Source: Macrostomum lignano
Lineage: Eukaryota
Length of the DNA stretch: 64,000 bases
Assembly: GCA_002269645.1 (NCBI GenBank)
Contig: NIVC01000440.1
Coordinates: 1-64,000, forward strand
Direction of reading: 5' to 3'
The position numbers and the translations under genes were made by a program. Position 1 is the first letter of the stretch; each line of letters begins with the position of its first letter. Under the pieces are notes generated by a model, which saw only the letters and a program-made list of their open reading frames with translations, ran no database searches and was not told where the DNA came from. Positions 11,522 through 21,337 of the stretch are shown piece by piece.

Positions 11522-12634
11522 TCAAAAACGAACGAACTTATTAAAACCGGCCGGCACGTCAGCGGCGAGGCCTAAAAAGAACAGTAGTTTCAATATGGCC
11601 AGTTCTAACGATGAAGCGTGCGGCGGATGAGGCGGGAGAGCAGCGGCCGTTCGACGGGCGACCTCCTTTATGGCCCGCTGCCTCTCGTCCGGTGAGGCGG
11701 CTCGGAAATCCGCTCTGATTCCTTCTGGCCAACTTCGGCAGAGCTGCCCCTTTTGTCCGGCTGATACTAGGAGCTCAGTGAGGATGATGATGGCCTTCTC
11801 GGTGATGGAGCTCGGGCGATCGCTCTGAGTTTCTGCATCCACTAGCTGCGGTCGAGCCCGGATAGCAGCGCTAATCGCCTCCGCGAGTTCGGTCCGGCTG
11901 AATAGGCGGGGCGGCGACGGCACCGGTGACGGTCGGCGAAATCGAGGGGACGACGGCGTGGGCGGCGTTGGGACCTCGTCCAGATTGACAACGTCGGGTT
12001 GGGGCGGTGGTGTCAATACACCTAAATAGTGCCCTGGCGGTGGCGAGGATGACCGAGGCGGCGTGTGCAGCACATCCTCCCTTGGATTAAGAAGAGCCGG
12101 CGGATGCTCATTCGGCGAGACCTGCTCTCCCACGATGTCCTGGATAGGAGGCAGCAGGTCTTCACCGGACTCTTCCTGCAGGGAGCTACTCAGGCTGCCA
12201 AGCAAGTTGAGCAGTTCTCCGTCAGGCGCCTGAGCCTCACCCGATTGCTGCGGATTGGGAGTGCCTTGCACTGGCCGGCTGGGCGCTCCGCCCTGATGGT
12301 CGGCGGTAGCTGGAAGTCGGGCATCGAATGAATTAGCTAGGGCCGGATTTAATCTACGGCGAATGACCTCCGCCCTCTCGTTGGCAACCGCGAGACGATC
12401 CTCCAGCGATGAGGGCTGCAGCGGAGCGAGTCGGCGTACTTCGATCCGAGGCTCCTGTCTGCGCTGATCGTCCCAACGACTGCGGCGCCTATGCGTCGTG
12501 TCCTGGGCCGGCGTCGGTAGGGCTTGCGTTCGGCGAAGCGGCAGGGCAGGCCGCGTGCGCTTCCGGCCACTAGCTGGTGAGGGCGTCCTAGAAGGCTCGC
12601 GGTCGCGCCTCTTCCGGTTTTCTTTGCCCGTCAT
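11522..12634 (-). CDS. Gypsy ORF3, 370 aa, unknown accessory protein (basic/Pro-rich, not env-like)
   Basis: Uninterrupted ATG-initiated ORF between the pol stop and the PPT, same strand as gag/pol; no signal peptide or furin/fusion-peptide pattern visible. Confidence 0.75.
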   Translation of the reverse strand: MTGKENRKRRDREPSRTPSPASGRKRTRPALPLRRTQALPTPAQDTTHRRRSRWDDQRRQEPRIEVRRLAPLQPSSLEDRLAVANERAEVIRRRLNPALANSFDARLPATADHQGGAPSRPVQGTPNPQQSGEAQAPDGELLNLLGSLSSSLQEESGEDLLPPIQDIVGEQVSPNEHPPALLNPREDVLHTPPRSSSPPPGHYLGVLTPPPQPDVVNLDEVPTPPTPSSPRFRRPSPVPSPPRLFSRTELAEAISAAIRARPQLVDAETQSDRPSSITEKAIIILTELLVSAGQKGQLCRSWPEGIRADFRAASPDERQRAIKEVARRTAAALPPHPPHASSLELAILKLLFFLGLAADVPAGFNKFVRF

Positions 12635-12638
12635 GCTT

Positions 12639-15600
12639 TTAATGTTGCTTTACAGCGCTGGAACAGGCACGAGGCCGGCGGAAAAAGTTGATTAACCGGC
12701 TCAAGTAGGACTTTGACTTTGGTTTAAGAACCAAGCGGTCAGGTTCCCTTCGAGCCCTAACTGGCCTGTCATTGACGGCCCATTCGACTTGACTAGTTGA
12801 TGGCAAATTGGCCGACAAAACATGACTATTATTTGGCAAATTGGCCGACATAACATGACTATTACATTGATTATTCCTATCAGAGTCTAGGTTAATCCTA
12901 TCGCTAATTTCAATTTCAGGTCGCCTCTGCGTTTCAGCTGTAGGAGCGGATGGAGCGTCGCAAGAATCATACGGCAGTGACTCAAGCTCAACTCTATTCT
13001 CCATAACTTCAGGTTCCTGGATGCGGACTTCGGTTGGACGCGCGCCTGGCTGAGCAGCTGATCGGAGTCGCCAGCGATAGGCGGGTCTCGTGTCCAGGTC
13101 ATCTTCTTCGTCAGAGTCCTCAGAGATGGCGGGGAGTGTCGCAGCTCCGGCGTCAACCTGTCGAACTCGGCGTTGCTTCTTCGGTTCGGCTGGCCCTTCG
13201 AGATCTGCAATTGGATAATCTGAAGTGGGCACAAGGAGGAGGTTCCGGCGATGAACTACCATCTCGTCCGGTCGTTCTCGAGGGTGTCGAACCTTCCGTC
13301 GAATCTTGTAGACGACTTCTCCTTTGCTTTCCACCACTTCATACAACGATCTCCTTGGCCTGTGGAACTTCACTGCTTCGTCTTCGTGTAGGACCGGATT
13401 GTTCAAGAAGACGAGATCTCCCGGCTGTAGCTTCTTAGCTGCTGGTCGGTTCTCGTAGTATTCGTCTCGCGCTTGCTGATGCAGGCCTAGCCGTTCCTTG
13501 GCGAGGTCCGTGGCGTGCTTGAGGCGTTGCTGAAACTCTGCGACGTAATCAGGCAGGTTGGCATACTCCGGGAGTAGCTTCAATGAGTTGTCGAGAGGCA
13601 TCCTGTATTCTCGGCCATAGACTAAGAAGTAAGGCGTATAGCCTGTGACTGGATGAACGCTGGATCGAAGAGCAATCATGCACGCTGGCAGAAATGTGTC
13701 CCAATCGCGGTGATCGTGCTCAAGGAGACATGTCAGAATGCTCTTGATCTGCTTGTTCAGATTTTCTACCAGTCCGTTGGATGCTGGGTTGTACGGCGTC
13801 ATTGTCGTGTGCCTGATAGCGTAGAGATCACAGAACTTCTTGAAGGCGTTTCCTGTAAAGTTCGTGCCTTGGTCCGTGTGAATCCAAGCTGGAACTCCGT
13901 ATTCTGGAATAAATCGGTCCTGAAGTAATCGGATAACGGTTTTAGCTTTCTGATTTCTCATCGGATAAGCTATCGAAAACTTTGATGTCGCACAGCAAAG
14001 TGTCAGGATGTATCGATGACCTCCTTTGGACGGTTGCGCAATCGGTCCGATCACATCCATGTGAAGTCTTCCAAATACTTCGCAGACTGGAAAACTCTGT
14101 ACTGGCACTTGCTGTTTTCGTCGTGACTTGCTCTCTAGGCAGGTTCGGCATTTGCTGACGTAGGTCTCAATGGCTCGGACTAGACCTGTTCGCCAGAATC
14201 TTTCGCGCACACGTTGGGCGGTCTTACGCTGTCCTTGGTGTCCTGCTAAAGGCGAATTGTGGAGCTCGTTAAAAACTTCGTCGTCGAGAGCTACTGGTAA
14301 GACAATCTTCGGTGGTGTCTTTTTCCGTCAAGTTGATCATGAGTAGATCTCGCTCGAGGAATAGTAACTCGTAGTATCCAAGCAGATTCCGTTGCTCTCT
14401 GCTAAGTCGTAATCGATCGTCAAACGCTAGTTTCGGTTGATTCTCCTTGATCAACTTGTAAACGTAGCCAATAGCTGGGTCATCCTGTTGAGCTTTGATG
14501 AGCTTGTCGCGCGGCAATGGCGGATTCAGATGATCCGTAAGCAATGCTCGGCAGCGCGGCAGACTTTGAGAAGTTGCGAGCTGGGGAGATGCTTCAGCTG
14601 TACGTACTCTGTTCTCCTCGTATGCAGACTTCGTCACCTCTGCATAGGAACGCGTCAGTTTCGGCGTAGGACGAAGGCGCGTCATGGCGCAAGACATATC
14701 GTCCACGCGTTGATAATGGGTGGTCGGCTGCAGGCTCATGGAAGAGCAACGAGACGGCTCGACCTGCTGAGTCTGTCGGCTCATGGAAGAGCAGCGGGAC
14801 TCCTCAGCGGTAAATTTTCGACCGAGATCTGAGCAGTGGCGCTCGACTGGGAGGGCTGCTGGAGCGGTGGCCTCCGAATCTTCGTCCAAGTCAGTCTCCA
14901 AACTCTGTAGGTAGACCTGATGGCTGTCGTTGGAGAGGGCTGAGGATACAGTGGCCTCTTGAACTTCATCCAGATTGGTCTCCTTGAAGTGACGGCGAGC
15001 GTGGGTGGCTCGGCAGAGGGCTGCTGGTGCGGTGGCCTCTGTGTCTTCATCCAAGCTTGCTGTCTCCTGGCTTCGACGTGAACAGTGGAGAACTCGGCAG
15101 AGGGCTGCTGGTGCGGTGGCCTCTGGTTCGTTGTCCAAGTCGGTCTCTGCCTCTGGATCGCGATTGTGGGTCTCGGTTGTGAGGGCTGCTGGTGCGGTGG
15201 CCTCTGAATCGATGCCCGGATCAGTTTCCTTAATGCGGCGACACTCACGCTGAGTGGTGGCACCTGTCTCCTCGCGGTGGCAAGCCAGGACAGCGTCGAC
15301 GTCTTGGAGTACTCCGTAATCGCATTCTAACGGAGGCGTGTCCGGGCGTCTTGATAGCGCGTCGGCGTTGGTGTGGTCAGTACCCTTGCGATGGGAGATG
15401 GTGAACTGAAATTCGCTGATCCTCTGGACCCATCGACCTAGAATCCCTGTAGATTCAGTCTGACGTAACAGCCAGAGCAAGGCCTTATGGTCACTTCTTA
15501 CTTCAAACTTCTTTCCTATTAAGTATTCTCGAAAGTGTCGCATGGCATCGACGATAGCCAGTAGCTCCCGCTTGGTGACCGTGTAGCGAACTTCCGGGTC

Positions 15601-17762
15601 ACGGAGCTTGCGACTGAAAAAGGCGATCGGTCGTTCTATTCCATCGGATTGTAGTTGTCCTAGACAGGCACCGATTCGGGTGTCGGATGCGTCGGTATCC
15701 AGGATGAACTTGACCTTCGGATCCTCATTGAACTCTGGGAGGGCGAGTACTTCGGTTGAGCATAGCTTGCTCTTCAGAGTCTCAAAGGCAGTCTGATGCT
15801 GCTGCGTCCAATGACGCTGGAATCCTTGCAGGTCCTTACGTGTCAATGCGTGTAACGGGGCCGCGATGCCCGAGTAATCTTCGACGAACTTCTTGTAGTA
15901 ATTGGCGAGACCAAGAAAGCTTCGTGTTGACGAACAGTCCGAGGCGTTGGCCAACTGCGTATCTGCTCAATCTTGTCTTCGCTTGTCCGTAGGCCTTCCG
16001 GCGTAATCACGTGGCCTAGATAGTGGAGCTCCTTCTTAAATAAATGGCATTTCTTCGGCTTTAGCTTCAAGTTGGCGGCTATGATTCGGTTTAGGACTTG
16101 TCGTAGACGGCCTAAGTGATCTTCGAACGTCACTGCGTGTACAACGATGTCGTCCATGTAACCAAGAGCGGCCTGCGGTGCTAGTCCTTCTAGCAGTTGG
16201 TTGATACAACGCTGGAACGATCCGGGGCTGTCGGTGAGTCCCATTGGTAGCACCTTGAAGCAGAATTGTCCACGATCGAGCACAGAGAAGGCAGTGATGT
16301 CCTGGTCTTCCTCGCGGAGAGGGATCTGGTAGAAGCCTTGTACCAGGTCGAGGCTTGAGTACCACTGCGCTCCTTTGAGTTTGGCGAAAGTTTCCTGAAT
16401 GTGCGGGATCGGGTACGGGTGCTTCAGCGTCACATCGTTGATCGCTCTGAAGTCGTGCACAATGCGAATCGTCTTGTCCTTTTTTGGCACTAGGATCATC
16501 GGCGAATTGTAACTGGAGTACGTTGGCCGAATGATGCCTTTCTTCAGCATATCATCGAGCATCTGATCCAATTGCGGTCGTAGATGCGGAGGTATCCGGC
16601 GAGGAGGAATCGCGATTGGCGTCGAGTCTGTGAGCACTATCTCATGAGTTACCAGGTGAGTCAGTCCGTGGTCCAACGGAGTTAGGGAGAATGCCTTCTC
16701 GCATTCCTTGAGTACTTCTTGAACCTGGTGCTTCTGGTGGCTGTTCAGCTGGTCTCCGATGTCGACCTCGTTGATCCAACTGTCAGTCGTTTCTTCAGTC
16801 GTATTCAGTTGACGGACTTCTGGCTCGTTCGACTCGCTGAAGTACTCGAGGTCCTGGGTCTTGAGTGGCGTGGCTACTCCCAATAGCATGTTGCGACGCA
16901 AGTGAACCTCTGTGTCTGATGGGTTGAGTACTTCCATCACTCCTCGACCTTCTGTCATCGTGTGCAGGACCGGGGCTGCGTCTAACTGGTGATGCTTCGC
17001 TCGCAGTCCTGATTTGAGCGGTTCGATAATCATCGGTGAACCGTAGTTCTGCTGATGACCTTCGGCTAGTTTAATGGCGACGAGGCAGGAACATTGAGGC
17101 GGCAGAGTGCATTTTTCAGCGACGTACACTCGGCAGGCCTTCAGTTCTCTCCTTGAATAGCGTACCGGAAGTCGGGTGCCTTGTCGGAATGTGAGCATTC
17201 CTTGCTGGAAGTCCAGTCCTTGGCAGTGACTCCGCATGAAATCGATTCCTAAAAGATTTTCACAGTCTCCTTCGGCGACGAAGAATTCGGTTTCCGCGAC
17301 ATAGTCCCCGAATTCGATTGATAGGATAACCTTAGCGGCGAGACTTAACTCGGTCCCGTCGTACATAGCGACTCGGTTAGGGTAAGCAGGTGCGACTATA
17401 CAACGTGGTGAACGACGCCTAATGGCGGCCCAAGTGGACGCTCCGAGGAAGTTTCTTCTGCTTCCGCTGTCTAGCAGAAAGGCGACCTCTCGTCGAGCCA
17501 CTCGTCCTGTAATAAATGGGTCGGCGTCACGCGCATGGACAGTATTTACAAAGGAGGCGTCCACGAAACCTCCATCGTCCGTTTCTTCGATTACTGACGA
17601 CTCGGACGAGTCAGCTGCCGCGGCTGCGGGGCCATACTCTTCCGGGGCGTGTTCGTTGTCGGCTGCATAGCCTGGGCTGGAGCTCGGGGGGCGTTGCCGT
17701 TTACGTCCTCCGGCCGGCCGTTTCCCGTAAACTGCTGAGATGATTGGCGTCTGTACGGACAA
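12639..17762 (-). CDS. pol: Gypsy pol (protease, RT, RNase H, integrase), split by two single-base frameshifts (~15928 and ~14320)
   Basis: LDSG protease; LDLVQGFYQI and YMDD RT motifs; DASD, ELLAIV, SDH, ADALSR RNase H; HHCC, MDVIGP, TDQG-35-E integrase. Confidence 0.95.
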
Positions 17763-18769
17763 TCTCTCGCCTTGTGTCCGTCTTGATTACACTCGTAGCA
17801 CGTGTAGTTCGGCGGTCGGTTCGCTTGACCGATCACTTGATTGGCTGTGACTTGCTGAGCCAACGTGTTAAGCAGATGCTGCTGCTGCTGCATCATTGCG
17901 GCTTGTTGCTCAACGACTTTCTCCAACTTCGAGAGGGCGCTGTTGTTGTTCTCCTTCGAGGCTTGTCCCTCCCCGTCCAACATTCTGACCGGGGGCTTTT
18001 TCGAACGATGAGCCAGGTCTTTGGCTAATTCCATCCTCTTCAGTGCTCGCAAGGCTTCGCTGAGTGTCGTAGGTCGGATCCAGAAAAGTTTCTCGCGGCA
18101 GTCTGATGACGTGCGAATCCCGCGCAGGAACTGGTCGATCAGTTCTTGCTCTAGATGGCGAGGCTCGAGCCAAGGGAAGGCTTGCTCTCCTAGCTCCTGC
18201 AGAGCATCGGCGTAATCTTCCGTTGATTCGTTCTTGCGCTGGTTGCGACCTCTGAATTCCTCTCGATATTCGTCTGGTCCTGAGAGTCGTGCGAATCTCT
18301 CTATTAGTCGTTGCTGAAGCTGTCGATAGCTGATGCGGTCGGGCAGCCTCATGCGAAGTACCGCGGCGTAGGCCGAATTTAAGTCTAAATTCGCCAGCAA
18401 TTGGGCCTTCTTGTCGTCTTCATCCTGTAGATCTTCTGCCTCGCATCGTAGGTCGAAAGCCTTTAGCCAAACGCGGATGTCCTGCGATGGCGTGTAGCTC
18501 TTCATCTTGACTTGCTTCTTAGGCTGTAGATCGAGCTGACGTTGCATGGCCTGCAGCATCCTGCGGATCATGTCCGGGTTGGTGTCGCGTCCGAGGTTGT
18601 TGAGTCCTGCAAACGAATCTTCCTCCTCCTCTCTTGAGTCGTCTCTAAAATTAAATCTTAAACCACATGGTATGGGCGAACCTGCAGCAGCTGCGGCGGA
18701 GTTTCCGTTGTCCTGACGCGTGTGCTGCTGATCACCGATGAGATCTTCTCGATCACTGTCGTGAGACAT
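17591..18769 (-). CDS. gag: Gypsy gag with CCHC zinc knuckle
   Basis: 392 aa ORF; QRKNESTEDYADALQEL capsid-like segment, DQFLRGI, CYECNQDGHKARDC; overlaps pol in the -1 frame. Confidence 0.93.
   Translation of the reverse strand: MSHDSDREDLIGDQQHTRQDNGNSAAAAAGSPIPCGLRFNFRDDSREEEEDSFAGLNNLGRDTNPDMIRRMLQAMQRQLDLQPKKQVKMKSYTPSQDIRVWLKAFDLRCEAEDLQDEDDKKAQLLANLDLNSAYAAVLRMRLPDRISYRQLQQRLIERFARLSGPDEYREEFRGRNQRKNESTEDYADALQELGEQAFPWLEPRHLEQELIDQFLRGIRTSSDCREKLFWIRPTTLSEALRALKRMELAKDLAHRSKKPPVRMLDGEGQASKENNNSALSKLEKVVEQQAAMMQQQQHLLNTLAQQVTANQVIGQANRPPNYTCYECNQDGHKARDCPYRRQSSQQFTGNGRPEDVNGNAPRAPAQAMQPTTNTPRKSMAPQPRQLTRPSRQ
17720..17726 (-). other. Candidate -1 ribosomal frameshift site G GGA AAC
   Basis: X XXY YYZ heptamer correctly phased in gag (acG GGA AAC) within the gag/pol overlap. 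Confidence 0.75.
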
Positions 18770-19010
18770 CTTGATGCTGACTTAGTCGTGGTAGGCGTGA
18801 CTGATGACGTGTCCGAAAGGGTGATAGTTGAGTGACGTTGACGTCGATTCGGTGACGTTCTCCTGCTTGCTTGCTGTATCCCGTATCTCGAATCTCGAAT
18901 CCTTTGTCTCGAATCTCGAATCCTTTGTCTCGAATCTCGGATCTCAAATCCTTTGTCTCGAATCTCGAATCTCGAATCTCGAATCTCGAATGTCGTATCC
19001 CGAATCTCGA

Positions 19011-19175
19011 ATCTCACCGCTGTTCCACCAGTGTAACGTTTGGTTGTCTCTGATTCGTCACGAGGTGGCCTGGCAGGTCTTTGTATCCCACCGCTGCCAC
19101 CAGTGAAACGTTTTGGTTGTCTCTGGGTTGTCTCGAGGTGGCCTGGCAGGTCTTAGTATCCCACCGCTGCCACCA
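19011..19175 (-). other. Three tRNA-Leu primer-binding-site-like sequences
   Basis: ATCCCACCGCTGCCACCA (3' 18 nt of metazoan tRNA-Leu(AAG), from recall) at 19085-19102 and 19158-19175; degenerate copy at 19011-19030; another copy at 10056-10073. Confidence 0.85.
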
Positions 19176-20099
19176 GTGAAGTACTTCTCCTTCTCGGGTT
19201 CTCGAAGATGTTCCTAGCAAATAGAACCCGCTGCTCCTGAAGAAGCTAGATAGCACCGCAGTACTACCTATCGATTTGCCTGAAAATGAACCTAAAACGT
19301 TGCCGTTACTTGGTAGGGTTGCTGCCACCTTGGTGTGCGGACTCGACGCGTCGGCAGAGTTGTCTATCCGTCACCTGAAAGAAAATTAACAAAGTCGCTC
19401 GGAGCAAAGGCAAATCTGAAAAATGTCTCGACAGTCGATCGTCTTAGTTGAATGCTGCTCGAACCTGAAACCTGTAAAACCTGAAATGAGAGAGGAGAGC
19501 TCGGAGGCAGAGGCTTCACGAGTTAGCCACAATGCTCCGCGAGACGACGCAGTCTACGACACGGTCTGGAGAAAATTGGCTCGCAGATGCTCCGTATTTA
19601 TAGACGAGGGGACCCCCAAAAGTCACGTGAGTTTCATGCGGTGAGCGCGTGAAACTTCCTTATTTGGGCATTGGAATCATGCGAACGACGCGTGATCCAA
19701 GGCCAACTTCCAAATAAGGCAACCCTGTCACGCAGCAGTGGCGTGACTCAAGGTCAGCGGCCACGCACAGAGTGCGTGCACAGTCACGTGCTTAGTCTGT
19801 GCTAAAAATAGAATCGTGGGCGGATGAGTCATCCTGTTTACTCCCTCTAGGCAGCCCTTACACTCCGCGCAGGTGATGAGTCATCCTGCTACGCCTCCTC
19901 AGCGCGAGTGGGAAGACATTGAGTGTGGCTGCCCGCGCCCGCTCAGGCGATGAGTCATCGGGCAGTAAACACTTAGGCCCAGCACAGGGTAACTCTCTCA
20001 CTCGCTCAGGTGGACTGAGATACTGTGCAGCGGATCACAGCACTCTTAAGGAAAGCTAGTGAATGCTGCTGAATAGCCAGATAGCAGCCAGTCACTACA
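19032..20099 (-). repeat. 5' LTR (996 bp from 19104, or 1068 bp including the extra PBS unit)
   Basis: Direct repeat of 10006-10999; ends CACTACA followed by TSD TAGT. Confidence 0.93.
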
Positions 20100-21337
20100 T
20101 AGTCAAATTTTGGCTATAATGAACAAAGAACAATTGTATAATCTTTTAGCACAATGGTATTAGTCAATATAAATTGGCTTTCCATTTAAATGAGTTTGTT
20201 TGATTTTTTATTTATCTTGTACTTTTAAATGTGCTTTCCAAGAAATGTATATTCATCTAGTCTTATCAATGACTTAATTATTAATTTTAATTAATAATTT
20301 TTAGCTACAAAAAGGAGTTGAATTTTTATTTTTTCTTCTTGCCTACATCCTAAGCCTAATATTTTAAGTGTATCTACTCTACCTATTATAAACTTATAAT
20401 ATAAACTTAATTTTGTACTTCAATAGCCAAAAAATATAAAAAAATTCTACATATACTTTTGTGATGCTAGCTAATATTGGCACCTTGGACACTACTGACA
20501 GTATAGTCTACATCTGTGCCTAAGTCTTGAAATGTATGTTATGACATTGTTTTATCTCTTATGACTCACTCAATTGGATGGCAACATATTTTGTTGTTGT
20601 ATAATAAGAGCCATTGCATGTTACTATGACACTCTTTGCATGCCAGTGGCTTAGGATCTTTTCTTAGTCTAGTTATAATATTAATTTGGAGCTAAATTGG
20701 AAATTTGGAATCTTGGCTTGGATAAGTTGTTATAGACTGGCCATGCAATTAACCATTGTGAACCTATCCCCAAGGCATTGTAAAGTGTACATATTGTATG
20801 TGCTTGTATGTCAACTCAGGAGAATTGGCAAATTGAGCAATGCCTCTTGATAGATGTATGACAATATTGTTTAAAGTATGCCAGGGTGCACACAGTCCTA
20901 TGCCTCTAACTAAAAAACATGCTTATAAGCAAAGCAAGAAGCCCACTATCTCACTGCTAGGGTGAAAAGAGCTTTGAGTTTTGGCTCAAATGCAGCTTAA
21001 TTTCAATATCCAATTCCAGCAAAAAGGCAGGTTTTTTTGTGCCTGCAAAGCAAACTTTTTTTCCTAATTTTACAATAGCAAAACTATTCTCTGATGCCTG
21101 ATCCACCCTGTTATTTCCAAGTTAATTGACCATTTTCTCATTTTCCTGACTAACTGGCTGACTTCAAAGAAGTTGTTATTCCAATGTGGAAAAGTTTTTT
21201 TACAAAAAACAACTTATTAAAGAAAAACTGGTTTTTCTCTTTTCATGCTGTTAATAATATGAATTTTCTAGTTAAATAATAGAAGCCATATCTTAACATT
21301 GCCTACTAGTAGTAGGCTTATCTGGTAAAAATAAAAA

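Larger units (their letters stand above)
10006..20099 (-). mobile_element. Full-length Ty3/Gypsy LTR retrotransposon (gag, pol PR-RT-RH-IN, extra ORF3)
   Basis: TG...CA direct repeats 10006-10999 and ~19032/19104-20099; 4-bp TSD TAGT at 10002-10005 and 20100-20103; PBS at the right LTR; PPT GGACGGGGAGAG (minus) at ~11000-11011; Gypsy domain order. Confidence 0.97.

Noticed and set aside
11522-12634. env gene interpretation of ORF3
   Set aside because: No signal peptide, furin site/fusion peptide or convincing TM anchor; basic, Pro-rich composition.
18801-18818. CTGATGA…GAAA hammerhead-like core in the Gypsy leader
   Set aside because: Only 7 unpaired nt between the motifs (no stem II), no stems I/III, and antisense to the element.
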